Program-made: the position numbers and the translations under genes
Shown here: piece after piece, positions 59,385 to 64,000 of the stretch
Layout: every line of letters starts with the position of its first letter
How positions within the stretch are numbered: position 1 is the first letter of the stretch
From: an uncultured Nitrospiraceae bacterium
Lineage (GTDB): Bacteria > Nitrospirota > Nitrospiria > Nitrospirales > Nitrospiraceae
Direction: 5' to 3'
Length of the DNA: 64,000 nt
NCBI GenBank assembly: GCA_963730935.1
Contig: CAVSTP010000002.1
Span: 608,001 to 672,000 of the forward strand
The notes under the pieces: model-generated
The model's input: the letters and a program-made list of their open reading frames with translations, nothing else
The model's database searches: none
What the model was told of the DNA's origin: nothing

Positions 59385-60042
59385 AGTGTTAATCGCTGAT
59401 GATCACCGCGTGGTGCGCGAAGGGCTGGCCGCCATTCTCAAAACTAAGGACGACCTCAACGTCGTCGGAGAGGCGCAGGACGGTATGGAAGCGGTCGAGA
59501 AAACGAAAACCTTGATGCCCGACGTCATTTTGATGGACGTCAGCATGCCACGGATGGGCGGTGTGGAAGCCACGCGTCAGATCAAGCGGGAGTTTCCCCA
59601 TATCGGCATCGTCGCGCTGACGATGTATGAAGAACAGCAATATATTTTTGATCTCGTGCGTGCCGGCGCCACCGGCTATCTCTTGAAGGACTCCGAGTCG
59701 TCCCAGATCGTTGCCGCGATCCGGGCCATCTCCCGAGGGGAGTCGCTGATCCATCCGTCGGTCGCGAGCAAAATCCTCGCCGAGTTTTCACTCATGGCCC
59801 AAAAAAAGGGGAAGAAACCAGGCTGGGTTGAGCACGATCTCACCGAGCGGGAAATCACGGTGTTGCGGCTCGTGGCAGACGGAAAGACCAACAAAGAAAT
59901 CGCCAACAGTTTGGACCTCAGCGAGAAGACCGTGAAAAATCACGTGCGGAATATCTTTCATAAGTTGCAGGTCTACGACCGCACCCAGGCAGCGATTTTG
60001 GCGATCCGGAAGGGACTGATCGAGCTGGATCCACGGCCATAG
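59371..60042 (+). CDS. NarL/LuxR family response regulator
   Basis: REC plus LTEREI.VL...G.TNKEIA..L..SEKTVKNH. Confidence 0.95.
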   Translation: MEKIKVLIADDHRVVREGLAAILKTKDDLNVVGEAQDGMEAVEKTKTLMPDVILMDVSMPRMGGVEATRQIKREFPHIGIVALTMYEEQQYIFDLVRAGATGYLLKDSESSQIVAAIRAISRGESLIHPSVASKILAEFSLMAQKKGKKPGWVEHDLTEREITVLRLVADGKTNKEIANSLDLSEKTVKNHVRNIFHKLQVYDRTQAAILAIRKGLIELDPRP

Positions 60043-60291
60043 AACCCAGACTGGCAACCGCCCATTAGGCTGCAACTCGGGGCCGCCGTCCGGGGTAACA
60101 GGCAGTACATCTCTATCTCGTTCTTAGCTTCGCGAGCGGGTTGAGTCACGATTTCTTACCCATCTCTTTACATAGATTCCCTCTGAAAGTCACACATGTC
60201 ACATTTACGCAACAGATGAGGAATAGAGATATCACGTTACCTTTTTGTTTAAATTCAATATCTTATGCATACTTTATCTATAAAATTGCGC

Positions 60292-60307
60292 TGGCACCCA
60301 AGTTGCT
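60292..60307 (+). promoter_or_regulatory. sigma-54 (-24/-12) promoter motif upstream of lpxC
   Basis: TGGCAC-N5-TTGCT, preceded by an AT-rich tract. Confidence 0.65.
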
Positions 60308-60339
60308 GTGAACGACTGTGGTAACTGGAGGCTCCGTCG

Positions 60340-61278
60340 GTGAGACAACAGCAAACCCTCTCGAATCCGATTAGCTGTACAGGAGTCGGATTACATACAG
60401 GAAAACCGGTGACGCTCACGCTTCGTCCGGCGCCCACGGACACCGGCGTGGTGTTTGTGAACCGCAATGGGCATGCTGGAGCGACGTTGGCGGCGTCTGT
60501 TGATCATCTTGTTCCGACGGAACTCTGTACGGCAATCAGCGGAAACGGGTTCCAAGTCAAAACGATCGAGCACGTGCTGGCCGCGCTGGCAGGCTTAAGC
60601 GTCGATAACGTCTTTGTGGACATCGATGCCGCTGAAGCACCGGTGATGGATGGGAGCTCAGCCCCATTCGTCCGATTAATCCAATCAGCCGGTGTAAATG
60701 CTCAAAACCGTCGTCGAGCATTCTTGAAGATTACCCGGCCGCTGGAAATCGTCGATGGATCTCGGCGCATCCGGATCGAGCCGTCTTCCACGCCACGAAT
60801 CACCTATACGATCCAGTATGACCATCCGTTGATCCGAACGCAGACCTATACGTATGAGCATTCCACGCATGCGTTTGCGACCGAGATCGCTGAAGCAAGG
60901 ACATTCGGGTTCTTGCAGGAAGTTGAAGCGCTCTGGGCCCGTGGACTTGGTCGTGGCGGCAACCTCGAGAACACGGTCGTTCTTTCGCAAGACGGGATCC
61001 TGAATGAATCCGGTCTGCGGTTTGCCGACGAATTCGTGCGGCATAAAGTCTTGGACCTCATCGGTGACTTCTCCCTTTTGGGTCTGCCCTTTATCGGACA
61101 TCTGATTGCCGACCGATCCGGACATGCCTTGCATACCCGTCTGGTGAAGCAAATTCTCGATCATCCGGAATGCTGGGTGCTGCTCAACGCCGATCAGACG
61201 GTCTCACAAGCCGAATTCAGTCCCTCTCTTTCCTCGTCTCCAAGACCCGCAACAGCTGTTGCCCTCCAGGCTTCCTAG
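60340..61278 (+). CDS. lpxC: UDP-3-O-acyl-N-acetylglucosamine deacetylase
   Basis: GVGLHTG, TIEHVLAAL, PVMDGS, ARTFGF, RHKVLDLIGD, GH. Confidence 0.96.
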   Translation: MRQQQTLSNPISCTGVGLHTGKPVTLTLRPAPTDTGVVFVNRNGHAGATLAASVDHLVPTELCTAISGNGFQVKTIEHVLAALAGLSVDNVFVDIDAAEAPVMDGSSAPFVRLIQSAGVNAQNRRRAFLKITRPLEIVDGSRRIRIEPSSTPRITYTIQYDHPLIRTQTYTYEHSTHAFATEIAEARTFGFLQEVEALWARGLGRGGNLENTVVLSQDGILNESGLRFADEFVRHKVLDLIGDFSLLGLPFIGHLIADRSGHALHTRLVKQILDHPECWVLLNADQTVSQAEFSPSLSSSPRPATAVALQAS

Positions 61279-61497
61279 TCATCGACTCGTATACCGGCGT
61301 TTTTGTTGTGGTACTGGTGAACGGGTGTGCTCTGCGTTCGTGCGGGGAACATCGATAACGTCGGGAGCGAGTGGCCTCGCCCCCGACGCTAGAATCGAGG
61401 CGGGACTTACTTCTTTTTCTTCTTCGCTGCTTTCTTCGTCGCCAAGACTCTCACCTCCCTTCGAAATACTCAGTCATTCTTGATGAAATGACGATTC

Positions 61498-62010
61498 TCA
61501 TACCGCGTGGCTCAAGACCTCCTCGGGAGCCTCGAAGGTGTTCGGGCCAACTTTGCGGAAGCGCTTATCCCGCTTTAGCGAAGTCGCCACAGACGTGAGC
61601 GGCGTTTTGCCCTTGATGTGCAGCCCGCCCTCGACCAGACGCTGGACGAGTTCCTTGGCATGCATGGCGCGGTTCGCCTCACGCAACACCTGATAGGCCG
61701 CTTCCGGAACGCTCTTCCCGGCATATTTACTCCGTCCTAGAAGAATTTCCCGTGATTGATCCGTGACATCGACAGGAAGGGCACGAGCGCCCTTTTCGTC
61801 GGTGATGAGCTGCGTCGACAGGGTCGCCAGCTTCGCCTTATCCGCCTCCACGCGATGCAGCGTCTCAGCGAGTTCCAAGTATTTCTTGATGGTGGCGATT
61901 TCGTCGTCGAGCCGACGACGTTTTTTTTCGTGTTCGTGGAGTCGATTCTTGTAGGCGTTGATGCGCTGTTCAAGTCCGACCAGAATATCGGTGAGCTCTT
62001 CCAAGGACAC
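61498..62010 (-). CDS. coiled-coil plus winged-HTH (HARE-HTH-like) protein
   Basis: N-terminal coil; EAAYQVLRE..RAMH.KEL...GKTP..SV...L..DKRF..VG. Confidence 0.65.
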   Translation of the reverse strand: MSLEELTDILVGLEQRINAYKNRLHEHEKKRRRLDDEIATIKKYLELAETLHRVEADKAKLATLSTQLITDEKGARALPVDVTDQSREILLGRSKYAGKSVPEAAYQVLREANRAMHAKELVQRLVEGGLHIKGKTPLTSVATSLKRDKRFRKVGPNTFEAPEEVLSHAV

Positions 62011-62128
62011 TCTCCCGAGAAAGCATACTTGCTTTATATGCTTGCTCGCAGAGCAAGTCAATAGCATGACTCAAGAAAATGGCTTGCATGCATCAATGAA
62101 CGAATCGTGTGCCATGTTAAGATCACGC

Positions 62129-62944
62129 ATGCTGCACTCTGAAGACGCTCAGGTCTCGACTGACCGCTTGCGTTCGGTTGCGGTAGAGGCCTCTACCGCC
62201 GCCGGCAAGGTGTTGCTGAACTACGCGCGGTCGGGATTCCACATTCAACGCAAGAACCCGATCAATTTGGTTACCGATGCTGACCACGCGGCGGAAGAAT
62301 GCATTATCGATCATGTCCGCCGGCATTTCCCGAGCCATCGCACGCTCGCGGAAGAACGAGGAGTCGGAGTGGACACACCATCGCGTTACCGCTGGATCAT
62401 CGACCCTCTGGACGGCACCACGAATTTTGCGCACGGATTTCCTTTCTATGCCGTTTCGATCGGGGTCGAATGCGATGGCGAATTGCTCGTTGGCGTGGTG
62501 TATGACCCCACGCGTGAGGAATTGTTTACTGCAGAAACTGGCCGGGGAGCCCGCTTGAACGGCGGATTAATTGCCGTCTCGCACACCGCGCAGCTCGAGG
62601 CGGCCCTCACCGTCACCGGCTTTGCCTATGACATCCGCGACACGCCCAACAACAACCTTGATCACTTCGCGCGCTTCGCGCTCAAGGCTCAGGGCGTGCG
62701 GCGCACCGGTAGCGCAGCTCTGGATCTTTGTTATGTCGCGGCGGGCCGCTTCGATGGATTTTGGGAGGTCAAACTCAGCCCCTGGGACATGGCCGCAGGA
62801 GCAGTGATCGTGCGGGAAGCCGGAGGACGCATCACCGATCTCTGCGGCAATACCCATTCGATCTATCAGCCGGAACTCGTGGCAAGCAACGGCCGGATTC
62901 ATCACGAAATGCTCGAGGTCATAGGGGAAAATCTGCGGTCCTAA
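62129..62944 (+). CDS. suhB: inositol monophosphatase family protein
   Basis: LVTDAD, WIIDPLDGTTNF, GSAALDL, PWDMAAG. Confidence 0.9.
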   Translation: MLHSEDAQVSTDRLRSVAVEASTAAGKVLLNYARSGFHIQRKNPINLVTDADHAAEECIIDHVRRHFPSHRTLAEERGVGVDTPSRYRWIIDPLDGTTNFAHGFPFYAVSIGVECDGELLVGVVYDPTREELFTAETGRGARLNGGLIAVSHTAQLEAALTVTGFAYDIRDTPNNNLDHFARFALKAQGVRRTGSAALDLCYVAAGRFDGFWEVKLSPWDMAAGAVIVREAGGRITDLCGNTHSIYQPELVASNGRIHHEMLEVIGENLRS

Positions 62945-63042
62945 TGCTCGCCGTGGTACAGCGGTCTCGCAACAGATTGGCAATATACAGATCGAATCAC
63001 ACTGCGATATGATGAGAGAGGGAACTACAGGGAGTACAACGC

Positions 63043-63324
63043 ATGGCCACATCAACACCTCCGTCAGGCTCATCCAACGGCCAACCTCAATCCGCCGGAG
63101 CTGAAGCAACCTCATGGGACGTCGAGTTGCTTCGCGTCCTGGTCAGCCGCAACGGCTCACAGGTTGAGGCGCAATGGGCAATCCACCCGCAACTCAAACA
63201 GGATCTCCTGCCGCATGAATGGCAGGAAGTCAGCGATTTGATGGCGAAAGTGTCTGCCATTGTCGGAAGTCGGTTTTCCCAGGTCCTGTCTCAAGCCGAT
63301 CCGGAACCTCCAAGCAACGCGTAA
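63043..63324 (+). CDS. hypothetical protein
   Basis: 93-aa ORF with GGAG RBS in core context. Confidence 0.55.
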   Translation: MATSTPPSGSSNGQPQSAGAEATSWDVELLRVLVSRNGSQVEAQWAIHPQLKQDLLPHEWQEVSDLMAKVSAIVGSRFSQVLSQADPEPPSNA

Positions 63325-63367
63325 TCACTCGTCAACGCGGTCTATCCATTCACGAGGGGAGCGTCGT

Positions 63368-63700
63368 ATGGACACCTATTACCATCCGCATGATTTAAAC
63401 AAGTTTGCAGACATGGGCAAAGGCAATGCAGCGCTCTGGGACAAGTTCATGAGTTATTACAGCGCAGTCTTTGCCGAAGGAGCGTTGACCGAGCGAGAAA
63501 AGGCGCTCATCGCATTGGCAGTCGCCCACACGGTGCAGTGCCCCTATTGCATCGATGCCTACACACAGGCATCGCTGGAAAAGGGGTCGAACGTGGAGGA
63601 AATGACCGAAGCCGTGCACGTGGCTTGTGCCATTCGGGGCGGAGCCTCACTGGTGCACGGTGTGCAGATGCGGAACGTGAACGAGAAGCTGTCCATGTAG
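63368..63700 (+). CDS. AhpD/carboxymuconolactone-decarboxylase family peroxidase-like protein
   Basis: GALTEREKALIALAV...QCPYCIDAY; GGASLVHGVQM. Confidence 0.85.
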   Translation: MDTYYHPHDLNKFADMGKGNAALWDKFMSYYSAVFAEGALTEREKALIALAVAHTVQCPYCIDAYTQASLEKGSNVEEMTEAVHVACAIRGGASLVHGVQMRNVNEKLSM

Positions 63701-63729
63701 AAACAAAGGAGTGGCGAACCAGTGTGCCG

Positions 63730-63899
63730 GCGGGATGCTCAAAAACGCCGGTGGTTAGGCCGCAGGGACCTTGGACGCCGACGCGTACGGTTGTGGGTAC
63801 GTTGAGGCGGACAGGCGACTGAGGACGCAGCTCGGTGCAGGACGCGTCTCGGCGCGCCGGGGTGGGCGGGTGAGAAGGACGGCTTTTTCAGCATCCTGC
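63730..63899. repeat. MITE/REP-like intergenic element with terminal inverted repeats
   Basis: gcgggatgctcaaaaa ... tttttcagcatcctgc (14/16 match). Confidence 0.7.
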
Positions 63900-64000
63900 T
63901 ACAGGTAAGGATGCTCTGGGATGGCAAGCGTGAAATACTTGCCACGCTCTTCGTATAGCACCCGCCTGGTGGTCAGGTCGACCAATGCCGATTCCAGTGG

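Noticed and set aside
56464..63115. Long antisense ORFs over glyA, the kinase, lpxC and suhB
   Set aside because: Shadow frames of GC-rich genes with no protein motifs.

Overview
The window falls into two parts. Positions ~1-54,100 are an accessory island attached to the 3' end of a tRNA-Leu(CAG) gene (54104-54190, minus strand). Positions ~54,300-64,000 are core genome: a degenerate SF1-helicase-like gene, rplI, glyA, nrdR, a HisKA_3/LuxR two-component pair, lpxC, suhB and an AhpD-like gene. Gene content and a terminal MITE-like repeat suggest a Nitrospira-like bacterium; this is inference. The island looks like a stack of integrative elements. The tRNA-Leu 3' end recurs at 36995 and 5724. 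The 17-kb element next to the tRNA keeps an intact tyrosine integrase, excisionase, XRE regulator, AlpA, a VapE primase-helicase and iteron-like repeats, but has no capsid genes (satellite/tycheposon-like). Its cargo includes a KaiC-like ATPase operon with two HisKA_3 kinases sharing an N-terminal 'ANxQL' coil, with an (AGAT)6 tract upstream. The older part contains tRNA-Ser, tRNA-Phe-type and tRNA-Thr-like attachment-site relics across the island, repeated DNA-ligase tails and a mini-IS with one passenger gene. It also carries general-stress genes, many Zn-ribbon microproteins and a coupled YqcI/YcgG (DcsA/GntA-like) plus DUF1989 pair. All family calls come from motif recognition by eye; no searches were run.
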